DNA of 38,890 nt from Bacilli bacterium (GCA_045580645.1 JAZNOG010000026.1:1-38890); one strand, 5' to 3'. Counted from the stretch's first letter, positions 1-10,018 are shown. The notes: generated from the letters alone by a model not told the origin. Numbers and translations are program-made.

Positions 1-1
1 T

Positions 2-343
2 AAAAAAATAAATTTATCTGATAAGATAAATAATCAATCATTATTCGCAAATTTTAATCTTAATTATGATACTGATTATTTTAAAGAATCTAACTTTGTA
101 AGTTCACTAAGATATTCTAGTTCTTCAGTCATAGCTCTTCATTTATTAAGAACTTTTGAATATGATCCGGAAAAGGCTTTTTATTTATTTGATAAAAGTT
201 TTAAATACACCGGGAATAATTCTCTTAATTATTTTAAAAAGATAGATTTTAATTATAAGGATTATGACTATGCACTAGATTTAATATTTAGTTGGGATAA
301 ATTTTTGGAAGATGAACTAATAAAAAGAAAAATTAGGAAATAG
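2..343 (+). CDS. 3' end (113 codons) of a CDS that begins upstream of the window; hypothetical protein
   Basis: Frame 2 is open from the window edge to TAG at 341-343 (...FEYDPEKAFYLFDKSFKYTGNNSLNYFKK...ELIKRKIRK*). It is missing from the ORF track because no start codon lies in the window. No family recognised. Confidence 0.5.
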   Translation, partial: KKINLSDKINNQSLFANFNLNYDTDYFKESNFVSSLRYSSSSVIALHLLRTFEYDPEKAFYLFDKSFKYTGNNSLNYFKKIDFNYKDYDYALDLIFSWDKFLEDELIKRKIRK

Positions 344-347
344 CAAA

Positions 348-998
348 TTATTTTCTAATTTTTTTTATTTTTACTCTCTTTATCTTAACAGGATACATTA
401 AACTTCTATTTTCACCATTTTCAATATAATTAAGCATACTCTTTTTTATATTTATTTCCCTTTGATATAATTCACATAACTTTATTTTTCTTTCCTTTAA
501 AACTTCTAATTTTTCTAATTTTAAATTTTCTATATTTATTTTTCCTTCTAAATTTCGTATTTCAATTAATATTTCTTGATTTTCTTCTTTATTTTTTATT
601 TTTTCAATATAAATATTATTAACCTTTTTAAATAACTTATTTTCCATAGTTAAAAAACAACCTGAACTTAAAATAAAATTTGATACTCCCAATAAAATTT
701 GTCTAATTTGCGTTTCACCAAAATAACTATAACCTAAATAATATGAAAATATTACACACAATATTATTGTTGTCATTTGAATTAAAGATTGAATTATTTT
801 TACTAAATTTTTAATAATTTCTATTTTTCCATTTATAATTCTTTCTTTATTCTTTTTATCTTCTTCAATTGTTTTTATCATAATTTTATAGCTATTTATT
901 TGTTCATCTATTTCTAAACCTTGTTTTTTTAATTCATTTTCCTTATTCTCTAGAAAAGTTATTTCATTCATCAATTTCATTAAAAAACTATCTAACAT
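348..998 (-). CDS. hypothetical membrane protein with N- and C-terminal coiled-coil segments flanking 2-3 hydrophobic helices
   Basis: 216-aa ORF. Has K/E/I/N-rich heptad-like segments around a central hydrophobic core (TTIILCVIFSYYLGY, ILLGVSNFILSSGCF). No recognisable catalytic motif. Confidence 0.55.
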   Translation of the reverse strand: MLDSFLMKLMNEITFLENKENELKKQGLEIDEQINSYKIMIKTIEEDKKNKERIINGKIEIIKNLVKIIQSLIQMTTIILCVIFSYYLGYSYFGETQIRQILLGVSNFILSSGCFLTMENKLFKKVNNIYIEKIKNKEENQEILIEIRNLEGKINIENLKLEKLEVLKERKIKLCELYQREINIKKSMLNYIENGENRSLMYPVKIKRVKIKKIRK

Positions 999-1055
999 AT
1001 TACAAGTGCACCTCTTTTTATTTACACTTAATTATATGTTAAGAATGATATATTT

Positions 1056-1081
1056 AAAAAAAACACATCTTTAAAATGTGT
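1056..1081 (-). terminator. intrinsic terminator downstream of the RDD-family gene
   Basis: On the minus strand, ACACAU-loop-AUGUGU (6 bp) is followed by a run of 8 U (plus-strand A-run 1056-1063). Confidence 0.55.
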
Positions 1082-1101
1082 AATTTATCAATAAAATAAA
1101 A

Positions 1102-1758
1102 TTATATTTCTTTTTCATCATAAACAGCTTCAATTACATGAGTATCTTTCTTTTCCTCTAAATTAACATCAACTACACTTGTTTTAGCTAAAATATCATG
1201 AAGCCCTCTTCCATCAAATCTCCAAAACATCATTATAATTGCAGCATACATTAAAACAGTTCCAATATTATTAAAACCCATATTAACATAATAATAAATA
1301 TTTTCTTTTAAAATTAATACAAAAACAACTGATAAAATAGTAGCAAATAAATTATTAACAATTAAACTTCTAATAAAATAACTAAATATTGAAACTTTTC
1401 CTCCATTATCAGAAGTAACCTTTATTTTCATTAACTTCTTTCCAACAGTTTGCCCTTTCATAAAATATTGAAAAACAACAAAATATAAAATTAAAACACT
1501 AATACCAAGAACATTATAATTAACGCCAGTTCTATTCATTTCATAACTTAAACTAATTATTTGTTGATTATATTCTTCCTCTGATATTTCCTTATCATTA
1601 TATGAAACCATAACCTCATTAATCTTTTCCTGATAATCACTATATTTATCTAAATTAATATTTAAAAAATCAAAAGTAGAAAAAACACTTATAATAATAC
1701 TTACAATTAAAATATCAATAATATACGCTATACCTCTTTTTAAAATTATTTTGTTCAT
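1102..1758 (-). CDS. RDD-family integral membrane protein
   Basis: Multi-TM protein with the RDD-type N-terminus (KRGIAYIIDILIV) and GQTVGKKLMKIKV. Start moved to the ATG at 1758, preceded by GGAGGG; the track start at 1809 gives an unlikely extension. Confidence 0.7.
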   Translation of the reverse strand: MNKIILKRGIAYIIDILIVSIIISVFSTFDFLNINLDKYSDYQEKINEVMVSYNDKEISEEEYNQQIISLSYEMNRTGVNYNVLGISVLILYFVVFQYFMKGQTVGKKLMKIKVTSDNGGKVSIFSYFIRSLIVNNLFATILSVVFVLILKENIYYYVNMGFNNIGTVLMYAAIIMMFWRFDGRGLHDILAKTSVVDVNLEEKKDTHVIEAVYDEKEI

Positions 1759-1819
1759 AAAATCCCTCCATATATATAATACTAAAAAAAAGAAAATGAA
1801 GCAAAACATACTTCATTAA

Positions 1820-2935
1820 CTATTCGTTATTTAATGTTAATTTAATATCAACTATTTTAACTTCTTTACCCCTTACATAAGTTAATTTAATAGTGTCTCC
1901 TGGTGAATATTTATATAACTCATATCTTAAATATCCAACACTCTTAACTTTTTCATTATTAACCTTAGTAATAACATCTCCCTTTTGAAGTAAACCCTCA
2001 GCAGGAGAATTATCTGCAACTGCAACTACTACCGCACCACTTTCTATAGAATTATCTAACATAATTCTATTTTGATACAAATAATATGTATCAGTTACAT
2101 TCACCATAGAAACACCAAGTAAAGGCCTTTCTAATTTTTCGCCTTTTTCAAACTGTTCAACATGAAGCATAACATCCTCAATCGGAATTGCAAATCCAAT
2201 TCCTTCAACTTCATCCTCAACTATTTTCAAAGAATTTATTCCTATAACTTCACCATTTGAATTTACTAAAGGTCCACCACTATTACCTGGATTAATCGCA
2301 GCATCTGTTTGAAGAACTTTCATTATATAATCTCCAGAACCATTTGTATTAGAAACACTTACCAACCTATCTTTACCTGATAAAATTCCTTTTGTAACAG
2401 TTCCCATATACTCTAAATCCACTGGAGTTCCAATAGTAAATACAGTATCACCAAGTTTTGACTCCTCACTAGAACCAAGTTCTGAAACCTTTAAAACTTC
2501 ACTTTTATCAATAGCAATAACTGCTATATCCAAAAGTTCATCTCCACCTAAATAAGTTGCATCAACTGTTTTTTCATTAGATAAAGTAACCTTTAAACTA
2601 GTATTACCACCAACTACATGATAATTAGTAAGTAAATACCCATATTTAGAATCCACTTTATATACAAATCCAGTTCCAGTTGAATATAATTTATCATTCT
2701 TAAAATTTTGAATTAATACAACTGCATCATATATTTTATCAACAGAATCACTTATCCCCTTTTCGTTAATTGTAACCTTATTTTCACAAGCAGTATAACA
2801 AACACCATTTGATGAAGAATAACCACCAAAAAGCTGATCTTTAAATTTATAAATACAAAGAATAGTAGCAAAAACACCCATAAAAAACACTACAAAACAA
2901 ATTACTATTTTAGAAACAACTTTATTTTCTGTCAT
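1820..2935 (-). CDS. htrA: HtrA/DegP-family serine protease with N-terminal membrane anchor and C-terminal PDZ domain
   Basis: Trypsin-like triad contexts TNYHVVGG, DIAVIAI and GNSGGPLVN. PDZ-like tail (AEGLLQKGDVITKVNNEKV). Confidence 0.9.
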   Translation of the reverse strand: MTENKVVSKIVICFVVFFMGVFATILCIYKFKDQLFGGYSSSNGVCYTACENKVTINEKGISDSVDKIYDAVVLIQNFKNDKLYSTGTGFVYKVDSKYGYLLTNYHVVGGNTSLKVTLSNEKTVDATYLGGDELLDIAVIAIDKSEVLKVSELGSSEESKLGDTVFTIGTPVDLEYMGTVTKGILSGKDRLVSVSNTNGSGDYIMKVLQTDAAINPGNSGGPLVNSNGEVIGINSLKIVEDEVEGIGFAIPIEDVMLHVEQFEKGEKLERPLLGVSMVNVTDTYYLYQNRIMLDNSIESGAVVVAVADNSPAEGLLQKGDVITKVNNEKVKSVGYLRYELYKYSPGDTIKLTYVRGKEVKIVDIKLTLNNE

Positions 2936-3882
2936 AAAAACAACTCCCTCTTTTCTATATCAATAATATCCATAAAGTTTTCAGGAAATCCCATTCTATC
3001 TAAAATTTTATTTATTGGAATAGTTCTTAAATTATACTCTAAATTTTCAATTACACTCTTAAGTTCCAACATTAAATTTCTAACTTCAGATTCCTTAAGC
3101 ATAGACTTCATAATAATAATTAACGCAAATAAATCATTCTTTCCATATATAAATTCATTATTCATAATAGGAATTTTAAGTAAATTATGATATTTACAAT
3201 CATCTATATATTTAAATGTTCTATTATCATACAAAATATCCTCATGAGCACATAAATTTCTATAATTCGAAAGTATTGGAAGATAATCTAAAAATTGACT
3301 AAGTTCTACATCATATAAATCAATAATTGCATATTGATCTTCCTTCTTCAAAATAGAAAAAAGCTCAGTAACAATACCAAAAGATAAAACCTTTACTAAA
3401 ACCCATAAAGGAATATAACCATAATTATTTATATAATGCTGTGTTGCAGAATGTTGTGTTGCATTAACCTTAATTTGTCTTTTCATTTTATTTAACAAAT
3501 CATTAACTTGTCTTCTTTTTTCACTAGAAGTATTAAAATTATTAGGATTTAAATAATTCTTTTCCCTATAACCATATTTTAATGATAATTGATATGAAAT
3601 TATAGACTTAAGATTATTTTCAATAATAAGAATATTTTTAAATATAATATTTCTTAGCTCCCTATCGAATAAAAGTAAACTATACACTTCTTCAAATCTA
3701 GTTCCATCAATATATACCTTATTATCTTTTGACTTCATAAAAGGATGACGATAACCATTAAGAAAAAAATAATTTTCCCTAAGCAATATCTCTTTCGCAT
3801 ACTTTTCATCATTTATAACAAGATTCTTACTTCTTAAAATTTCAATTTGTTCATCTAATGTCTTAAATATTTTATTCCCCAT
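2932..3882 (-). CDS. Abi_2 (AbiD/AbiF-like) abortive-infection family protein
   Basis: The N-terminus FKTLDEQIEILRSKNLVINDEKYAKEILLRENYFFLNGYRHPF matches the AbiD/AbiF-type family signature, and the ~316 aa size fits. Its stop overlaps the htrA start (ATGA at 2932-2935). Confidence 0.8.
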   Translation of the reverse strand: MGNKIFKTLDEQIEILRSKNLVINDEKYAKEILLRENYFFLNGYRHPFMKSKDNKVYIDGTRFEEVYSLLLFDRELRNIIFKNILIIENNLKSIISYQLSLKYGYREKNYLNPNNFNTSSEKRRQVNDLLNKMKRQIKVNATQHSATQHYINNYGYIPLWVLVKVLSFGIVTELFSILKKEDQYAIIDLYDVELSQFLDYLPILSNYRNLCAHEDILYDNRTFKYIDDCKYHNLLKIPIMNNEFIYGKNDLFALIIIMKSMLKESEVRNLMLELKSVIENLEYNLRTIPINKILDRMGFPENFMDIIDIEKRELFL

Positions 3883-3984
3883 TAAATCCTCTCCTAGTAT
3901 AAAAATTATATCACATAATTTTAAAAAAATATAGCATTAAAATATTAAAAAATAAAAAAGATATAAACAAACTATATATCTTTA

Positions 3985-5172
3985 TTAATCAATCAAATTC
4001 TTTAAATTATCTACTTCTAACTTTAAAACATCATTGTCAAAGTCATTAAATAAATAACTATATCTAAATACAAAAAATCCATTATAATTACTCTTATTTC
4101 GCGCAATTATTACTTGTTTTTTTATTATATTATCATTTTCAATCCATTCATTTTTACCAGTTCCTGCAAAAGTATCCTCTAAACCAGCTTTATAAATTGA
4201 AAGAGCAATATATAACTTAGTATCTGTCTTAATTAAATCATTCCAAGTATCAACTGTTTCAATATAAGGTTTATTAGAATTATCAAATCCATAATAAATT
4301 TGTGGAATAATAAAATCTAAATATCCTTCATTTTTTAAAATATATTCCACATCCAAATATTCTTCATTTAAATTATTCTCTATATTACCTGAAGGAGATA
4401 TACCAAATAAAACATCTTTTTGAACACTTTTAACAGTTTTATAACTTTCCTTTATTAAAGTATTTATAATATCAATCCTATATTCTTCTATAGTAAGTTT
4501 TCCACCATTATTAACATAATCCTTATAATTTTTCTCATCTATAGACTTGCTTGGATAAAAATAATCATCATATAAAACACCATCAACATCATAATTAGAA
4601 ACTACTTCCTTAACACCATCTAAAATGAGTTCTAAAACTTTGCTACTAGCAGGATTAAAATAAATACCACCTTCACTAACTTCAATATCATTTGAATTTA
4701 TCCAATCATAAAAATATGAATCTTCACTAATAGAACTAGTATCAGAAGTATTTCTTATTCTATAAGGATTTATCCATGCATATAAACTAATCTTTTTTTC
4801 ATGACACTTAGCTATAAAATACTCTAAAATATCAAAATTTAAAGCATCACCTTCATTAAGCGCAACAACACTAGAAGTTTCAAATAAATTAGATTCATAA
4901 ATTGCATCCGCAAAAGGTCTAACCTGCAAAACAACATTATTTAACCCATAACTATGAACATTATCAATCATTTGATCAATAAATTGTTTCTGCAATTCCT
5001 CATCCTTACCCTTTAAAGGACTATAATCTATATAAGAAATAAAAACTCCCCTAACTTCTTCATTATTTAAATCATTATTAACAAAATTATCATTATTTTC
5101 ATCACTATATCCACTATACAAAAAATAAATACCAATAACAAATAATATAATAATTAACAAAACTTTCTTCAT
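3985..5172 (-). CDS. secreted/lipoprotein glycosyl-hydrolase-like family 10 protein (YngK/YddW-like, UPF0748)
   Basis: Signal/anchor peptide followed by a TIM-barrel-like pattern (RGVFISYIDY, VVLQVRPFADAIYES, YAWINPYR, DGVLYDDYFYP). Confidence 0.6.
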   Translation of the reverse strand: MKKVLLIIILFVIGIYFLYSGYSDENNDNFVNNDLNNEEVRGVFISYIDYSPLKGKDEELQKQFIDQMIDNVHSYGLNNVVLQVRPFADAIYESNLFETSSVVALNEGDALNFDILEYFIAKCHEKKISLYAWINPYRIRNTSDTSSISEDSYFYDWINSNDIEVSEGGIYFNPASSKVLELILDGVKEVVSNYDVDGVLYDDYFYPSKSIDEKNYKDYVNNGGKLTIEEYRIDIINTLIKESYKTVKSVQKDVLFGISPSGNIENNLNEEYLDVEYILKNEGYLDFIIPQIYYGFDNSNKPYIETVDTWNDLIKTDTKLYIALSIYKAGLEDTFAGTGKNEWIENDNIIKKQVIIARNKSNYNGFFVFRYSYLFNDFDNDVLKLEVDNLKNLID

Positions 5173-5855
5173 AACTTTACACCAAACCTTCCTTTTAAAT
5201 ATTCCTTTTCAGTAACATATTTATTATCCTTCTTTATAACATGTTTACTATCTTTATAAAAATTATTAAATCCTTTGATTGTTTTAACTTTTTTAAAATT
5301 AAATTTATCCAAGTATCTTTCAAGTAAAAATCTGTTATATAAATAATCTTGTCTTCTTAAATAAATAAAAACTTCATAAAATAAAACTAAAACCATACAA
5401 GTCAAATTTGTATTGGAACTTTTAAATAAAATAAAAACTATAAATAAAAAAGATACATAAACAGCTATCTTATTTCCCTTCTTAAATGGAAATATATAAT
5501 TTAAAACTATATTTAAAATCTTACCACCATCAAGAGGATAAATAGGCAATAAATTAAAAAATAATAAAGCAAAATTATAATTCTTAAAAAGTAAATAATT
5601 TCTATAACTAATCAAATTATTATCAAACATAACACAAATTATTAAAAAATATAACATTTGAGTCATTGGACCAGAAATTAAAATTAAAAATTCCTCATAA
5701 AGTGGTTTATTTAATTTTTCATTAAACTTAACACAGCCACCAAAAGGATAAATACAAATCTTATCTAAATTCCATTTAAATATCAAAGAAGCACTTAAAT
5801 GTCCTAATTCATGAATAATAATAAGAGAAAAAATAATCATAAATTCTTTATACAT
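5169..5855 (-). CDS. spoIVFB: M50 site-2 metalloprotease, SpoIVFB-like (pro-sigma-K processing type)
   Basis: HELGH zinc motif plus NLLPIYPLDGG second motif; polytopic membrane protein. Lies directly after the M23-like gene and mreCD, as in Bacillus spoIVFA-spoIVFB. Confidence 0.75.
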   Translation of the reverse strand: MYKEFMIIFSLIIIHELGHLSASLIFKWNLDKICIYPFGGCVKFNEKLNKPLYEEFLILISGPMTQMLYFLIICVMFDNNLISYRNYLLFKNYNFALLFFNLLPIYPLDGGKILNIVLNYIFPFKKGNKIAVYVSFLFIVFILFKSSNTNLTCMVLVLFYEVFIYLRRQDYLYNRFLLERYLDKFNFKKVKTIKGFNNFYKDSKHVIKKDNKYVTEKEYLKGRFGVKL

Positions 5856-5910
5856 ACCAGTAATAACTACTAAAAAACAAAGGCAAATAGTTAAAGGATG
5901 AATATAAATT

Positions 5911-6510
5911 TTATTTAAGATATTCTTGATAATCTAAATACTCCCCATCTTTAGAAAAAACTAAATATAAATTACTACTAGCTTCCCCCAAAAACTCTCC
6001 TTTATTTACATAATCATATAAATTAACACTTATATTTGAAATATTACCATACCAAACATCAACACCATCAACTTGTTGAATAATAACAGTTTTTCCATAT
6101 CCATCCTTTTCACCAGAAAAAACCACTATCCCACTTTCTAGTATTGGAACAAGATATTGAGCATCAACAGTAAGTTTAACTCCATCCTTGTAAATGCTAG
6201 AATCACTATATGATAAACTTTCATTAAAAACAGAAACAACATCATCTTTAACTATTTTTTCAAAAGGCAAAATATCTCCAAAATTATCCTTAAACCACTT
6301 ATTTATTGAAGCAAAACTTATATTATGACTAGATATATACTTATAAATAACTTGATTGTTATTCTTATCTATCTTTAAAACAATAAGCCCCACCAAAAAT
6401 AAAACAATACAAATCATAACTTTAAATAACAATTTAACAAAAAAACCTTTTATACTTTTTTTACTTTTTTGTTTCATTAAAAACTTATTAACAGACTTAT
6501 ACTCACCCAT
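5911..6510 (-). CDS. membrane-anchored degenerate M23/LytM-domain protein, SpoIVFA-like
   Basis: One TM helix and a C-terminal LytM-like fold (GIVVFSGEKDGYGKTVIIQQVDGVDVWYGN...VNKGEFLG). Sits upstream of spoIVFB. Start set to the ATG at 6510 after GGTAGGTGA. Confidence 0.6.
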   Translation of the reverse strand: MGEYKSVNKFLMKQKSKKSIKGFFVKLLFKVMICIVLFLVGLIVLKIDKNNNQVIYKYISSHNISFASINKWFKDNFGDILPFEKIVKDDVVSVFNESLSYSDSSIYKDGVKLTVDAQYLVPILESGIVVFSGEKDGYGKTVIIQQVDGVDVWYGNISNISVNLYDYVNKGEFLGEASSNLYLVFSKDGEYLDYQEYLK

Positions 6511-6542
6511 TTTTATCACCTACCAAAATATATGATAGATAA

Positions 6543-7028
6543 CTAATATTTAAGTTTTTTATTATAACCAAAAATACGACCTTTATATACAAAAATAAAA
6601 ATAAGAAAAAATAAATAATTCAAAATTAAAGAATGACTAAACTTATAAAAAAAATCATTTATATCCATAAAACTAAACCCAAGTAAATTAAGTAATAAAA
6701 GCACTAAAAAATCATACAAAAATACACATAATATAAAAGACAAAAACAAATTAAAAACTTTTCTATTTCTATTTAATAAATGAATAATTAAACCAATAAC
6801 AATCAAAACTAAAACATTTAAAAATATAAAAGAACTATAAAAAACATCATATAAAAAACCAATAACAATCAAAATAATAAAAAAACTTTTTTTAGAAAAT
6901 AAATAATACATTATAGGAATAAAACTAATAAAAATCATAGGTGTAAAATATGATAAATTATTATAAGAATAAGGTATAATTTGCCAAAGACTAAAATCTA
7001 AAAACAATACAAATATTAAAAAAATCAT
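6543..7028 (-). CDS. mreD: rod shape-determining protein MreD
   Basis: Small, very hydrophobic 5-TM protein. Its start overlaps the mreC stop (ATGA at 7025-7028). Confidence 0.75.
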   Translation of the reverse strand: MIFLIFVLFLDFSLWQIIPYSYNNLSYFTPMIFISFIPIMYYLFSKKSFFIILIVIGFLYDVFYSSFIFLNVLVLIVIGLIIHLLNRNRKVFNLFLSFILCVFLYDFLVLLLLNLLGFSFMDINDFFYKFSHSLILNYLFFLIFIFVYKGRIFGYNKKLKY

Positions 7029-7801
7029 TTGTCTTCCTTAAGAACTGCTACATATTTAATATTATTAAAATCAATATCATTACTAACATATAATATATTA
7101 CTTATTCCAAAACTATCCTGTTTTATTTCCTTGACAGTGCCAAGTAAAATACCACTAGGCAAATTACCCATTCCAGTTGTCATAACCTTATCACCTAACT
7201 TTACATTATCATAATTGTTAATATCTTTTATTAAATAAAAACCATCATTAAATTCAGTAACAGAACCATAAATATTTTCCTTAGAACTTGACACTTTGAT
7301 AGATATGTTTACATCTTTGCCATTATAGAGTTTGACAGTGGAACTATTGTCAAATGCATCATTAATCACGCCAATTAAACCACCATTAGCAATAACTGCA
7401 TCACCAGTTTCTAACCCATCATTTAATCCTTTATCAATAGTTATTATATTTTGAAAATACATTTTATCATTCATAATAATTGTAGAATAAATAAGTTCAT
7501 ACAAAGAATAAACCTTTTTTAAACCAAGTGCACTTTTAAGTTCTAGTATTTCCTTTTCAAGCTCCGAAACTTTTAAATTATTATTTTCATATTCCATAAG
7601 TTTAATGTTTAAATCCTTATTTTCATTATAAATATGCTTATAATCCTTAAATAATAAAAATTCATTATATATTTTGGAAATATTAAAAAAATGATCTTTA
7701 ATCTTAAAATTAAAATTTATTTTACTATTTATAATAAAAAATAAAGCTAAAGAAAATATAATAAGAAAAAGAACCCTATAAAATTTTTTATATTTTTTCA
7801 T
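7025..7801 (-). CDS. mreC: rod shape-determining protein MreC
   Basis: N-terminal TM helix, coiled coil (LKVSELEKEILELKSAL) and beta-rich C-terminal domains (GDAVIANGGLIGVI, GDKVMTTGMGNLPSGILLGTV). Confidence 0.85.
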   Translation of the reverse strand: MKKYKKFYRVLFLIIFSLALFFIINSKINFNFKIKDHFFNISKIYNEFLLFKDYKHIYNENKDLNIKLMEYENNNLKVSELEKEILELKSALGLKKVYSLYELIYSTIIMNDKMYFQNIITIDKGLNDGLETGDAVIANGGLIGVINDAFDNSSTVKLYNGKDVNISIKVSSSKENIYGSVTEFNDGFYLIKDINNYDNVKLGDKVMTTGMGNLPSGILLGTVKEIKQDSFGISNILYVSNDIDFNNIKYVAVLKEDK

Positions 7802-8493
7802 ATCTTCCTCATAAAACTGTCATTATCAAAAAAACTATAATAATTGTCATCACCAAAGATAATATGATCAATAACAGGTATTTGCTGAAGCTTTCCAATT
7901 TCGACAAGTGATCTAGTTAAAAATACATCATCTGGACTAGGCGAAACATCACCACTTGGATGATTATGCATACAAACTATCGATGAAGCCGATAACAAAT
8001 ATGCCTCCTTAAATATTTCTCTAGGATGCACAATACTTTTATTTAGTGTTCCCATAAATAACAACTTCCTTTCTATTAACTCTTTTTTAGAATTTAAATA
8101 TAAACAGTAAAAATACTCCTTTTTCTTATCACAAAATAAATATTTATTATATTCATAAATAACTTTTGAATTATTATAAATTTCTTTATTTAAATTACTT
8201 TTAATTAAATAAAGCCTCTTTCCTAGTTCAATAGTTGCCAAAAGTTCTATAGCTTTAGCTTCCCCAATACCCTTAATACTTTTTAACATTTCAATATTTA
8301 TTTCTTTTAAATTTTCTAACTTTTCAATTTTTTTCAATAGATTTGTGGCAACAGAAGTTACACTTTCACCTTTTGTCCCACATTTAAGTATTATAGATAA
8401 AAGTTCTATATTCGATAAACTATCTGTGCCAAACCTAAGAAGTCTTTCCCTAGGCCTTTCTTCTTTTGGAACATCTTTAATTAACAACTCCAT
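7798..8493 (-). CDS. radC: RadC-family JAB/MPN-domain protein (UPF0758)
   Basis: PRERL N-terminus, HhH region and the JAMM motif HNHPSGDVSPSPDD. Sits upstream of mreC as in Bacillus. Confidence 0.9.
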   Translation of the reverse strand: MELLIKDVPKEERPRERLLRFGTDSLSNIELLSIILKCGTKGESVTSVATNLLKKIEKLENLKEINIEMLKSIKGIGEAKAIELLATIELGKRLYLIKSNLNKEIYNNSKVIYEYNKYLFCDKKKEYFYCLYLNSKKELIERKLLFMGTLNKSIVHPREIFKEAYLLSASSIVCMHNHPSGDVSPSPDDVFLTRSLVEIGKLQQIPVIDHIIFGDDNYYSFFDNDSFMRKI

Positions 8494-8944
8494 TTTCTAC
8501 TACCATCTCCTTATAATTAGAAATAACTATTTTTTCTATACCAATTAAATCTTCACCATTTGAAGCAATTGATGTAATTTTATCATATTCAGTTAAAATA
8601 TTTAGAAAAGAATAATTACTTACATATTTTTCCTTTATATATATATTATTCGCTAAAGACTCGTAATACACCTTGATATTTTCTGCAGTTTTTTTATTTT
8701 TTGTAATTCCAACATACAAATGATATCCATCCTCTTCCTCTAAATACAAATGGTCTTTATAATTTTTCACATTAGACTTTAGAGCTTCTAAACTAGAATA
8801 AACACCCATTTGAACAAAATAAACTTTTTCACCCTCTTCAAAAACAGATAAAGAATTTTCATTATAATCATTAAAAAACACTTTTCCTATTAAAAAACCA
8901 ACAACAATTGATAAAACAATAGGCACTAAAAATTTTACTTTCAT
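8477..8944 (-). CDS. membrane-anchored SPOR-domain-like protein
   Basis: TM anchor plus YFVQMGVYSSLEALKSNVKNY...GYHLYVGI, typical of SPOR repeats. Start set to the ATG at 8944 after GGTGAT. Confidence 0.5.
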   Translation of the reverse strand: MKVKFLVPIVLSIVVGFLIGKVFFNDYNENSLSVFEEGEKVYFVQMGVYSSLEALKSNVKNYKDHLYLEEEDGYHLYVGITKNKKTAENIKVYYESLANNIYIKEKYVSNYSFLNILTEYDKITSIASNGEDLIGIEKIVISNYKEMVVENGVVN

Positions 8945-9008
8945 TATTATCACCACTACTAGTATAAAATAACAAAAATAAAAAAAATGTCGAAAAAAAA
9001 AGAAGATA

Positions 9009-9515
9009 TTACTCTTCTAAAAAATCTTCTCCTTTAAACGGTTCACATCTTAATAAATCATTATAATCTTGCTGTCTTAAAACTTCATATAAAACAATTG
9101 CAACACAATTTGATAAATTTAAAGCTCTAACATTTTCAGTCATAGGAATTCTCATACATCTATCCAAATTTCCTTTTAATAATTCCTTAGGAATACCAGT
9201 GGATTCCTTACCAAATATTAAATATATATTTTCATCACTATTACTATAATCAAAAGAAGTATGAGGTTTTTTACCATATCTCGTAAAATAATAAAATGTT
9301 CCATCATTCTTATTTAAAAAATCTTCAAAATTTTCATAAACTTCAAAATTTAACTTATCAAAATAATTAACACTACTTCTTTTTACATATTTTTCATCTA
9401 AAGAAAAACCAAGAGGTTTGATTAAATGAAGTTTACTATTTGTTGCAACACAACTTCTAATAATATTACCAGTATTCTGTGGTATCTCTGGTTCATATAA
9501 AACAATATTTATCAT
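9009..9515 (-). CDS. trmL: tRNA (cytidine/uridine-34 2'-O)-methyltransferase, SpoU/TrmL family
   Basis: MINIVLYEPEIPQNTGNIIRSC start, ~165 aa, and the SPOUT knot region LIFGKESTGIP...RIPM...RALNLSN. Confidence 0.85.
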   Translation of the reverse strand: MINIVLYEPEIPQNTGNIIRSCVATNSKLHLIKPLGFSLDEKYVKRSSVNYFDKLNFEVYENFEDFLNKNDGTFYYFTRYGKKPHTSFDYSNSDENIYLIFGKESTGIPKELLKGNLDRCMRIPMTENVRALNLSNCVAIVLYEVLRQQDYNDLLRCEPFKGEDFLEE

Positions 9516-10018
9516 AATTCATAACCTTCCAAAAATTCTTTAACTAAATTATTAACATCAGTAATATCGTCACTTGGACTTAACAAATCAATGATTTTAC
9601 CACCACTAAAAACCACAATTGAAGGATAATTATATAATTTTTTTATTAAATCTTCATGTTTATATTCATTATAAATTCTAGTAAGTAAATGATTTTCATC
9701 ACTATTATAACCTATATTTAAATATACAATATCATCTGACAAATTATTCTTAACTATATAATCTTTAAACTTATTTTCAAAATTACGACACTTACTCTCA
9801 CTAGAAGAACACATATAAACTACTAAAAAATCTCTTTCTCTTACAACATTATCTAAATCATTATAATTAACTTCCCTTAAAACAGACGAAATAACAGAAG
9901 TTCCAAGTTTAGAATCATTATATTGTTTATATAAATTTAAAGCATAAATTGTTAAAAGAATTGTAAATGTCATAATAAAAAATAATATAATATAACTTTT
10001 TAAACTACCCTTTTTCAT
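9512..10018 (-). CDS. membrane-anchored thioredoxin-fold-like protein of unknown function
   Basis: One TM helix, then a ~130-aa domain whose spacing resembles a thioredoxin fold (FLVVYMCSSSESKC...PSIVVFSGGK). No CxxC active site. Start at the ATG at 10018 after GAGGTG. Confidence 0.35.
   Translation of the reverse strand: MKKGSLKSYIILFFIMTFTILLTIYALNLYKQYNDSKLGTSVISSVLREVNYNDLDNVVRERDFLVVYMCSSSESKCRNFENKFKDYIVKNNLSDDIVYLNIGYNSDENHLLTRIYNEYKHEDLIKKLYNYPSIVVFSGGKIIDLLSPSDDITDVNNLVKEFLEGYEL

Noticed and set aside
7029-7214. Plus-strand ORFs of 61-106 aa lying antisense inside well-supported minus-strand genes (7029-7214, 8345-8548, 10422-10742, 21706-21966, 22841-23032, 26800-27015, 28677-28871, 30125-30355).
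   Set aside because: They are shadow ORFs on the opposite strand of confidently identified genes (mreC, radC, ruvB, UDG-like, 651-aa, ackA, thiI, tig). Their composition is S/L/F-rich and low-complexity, and they have no SD.
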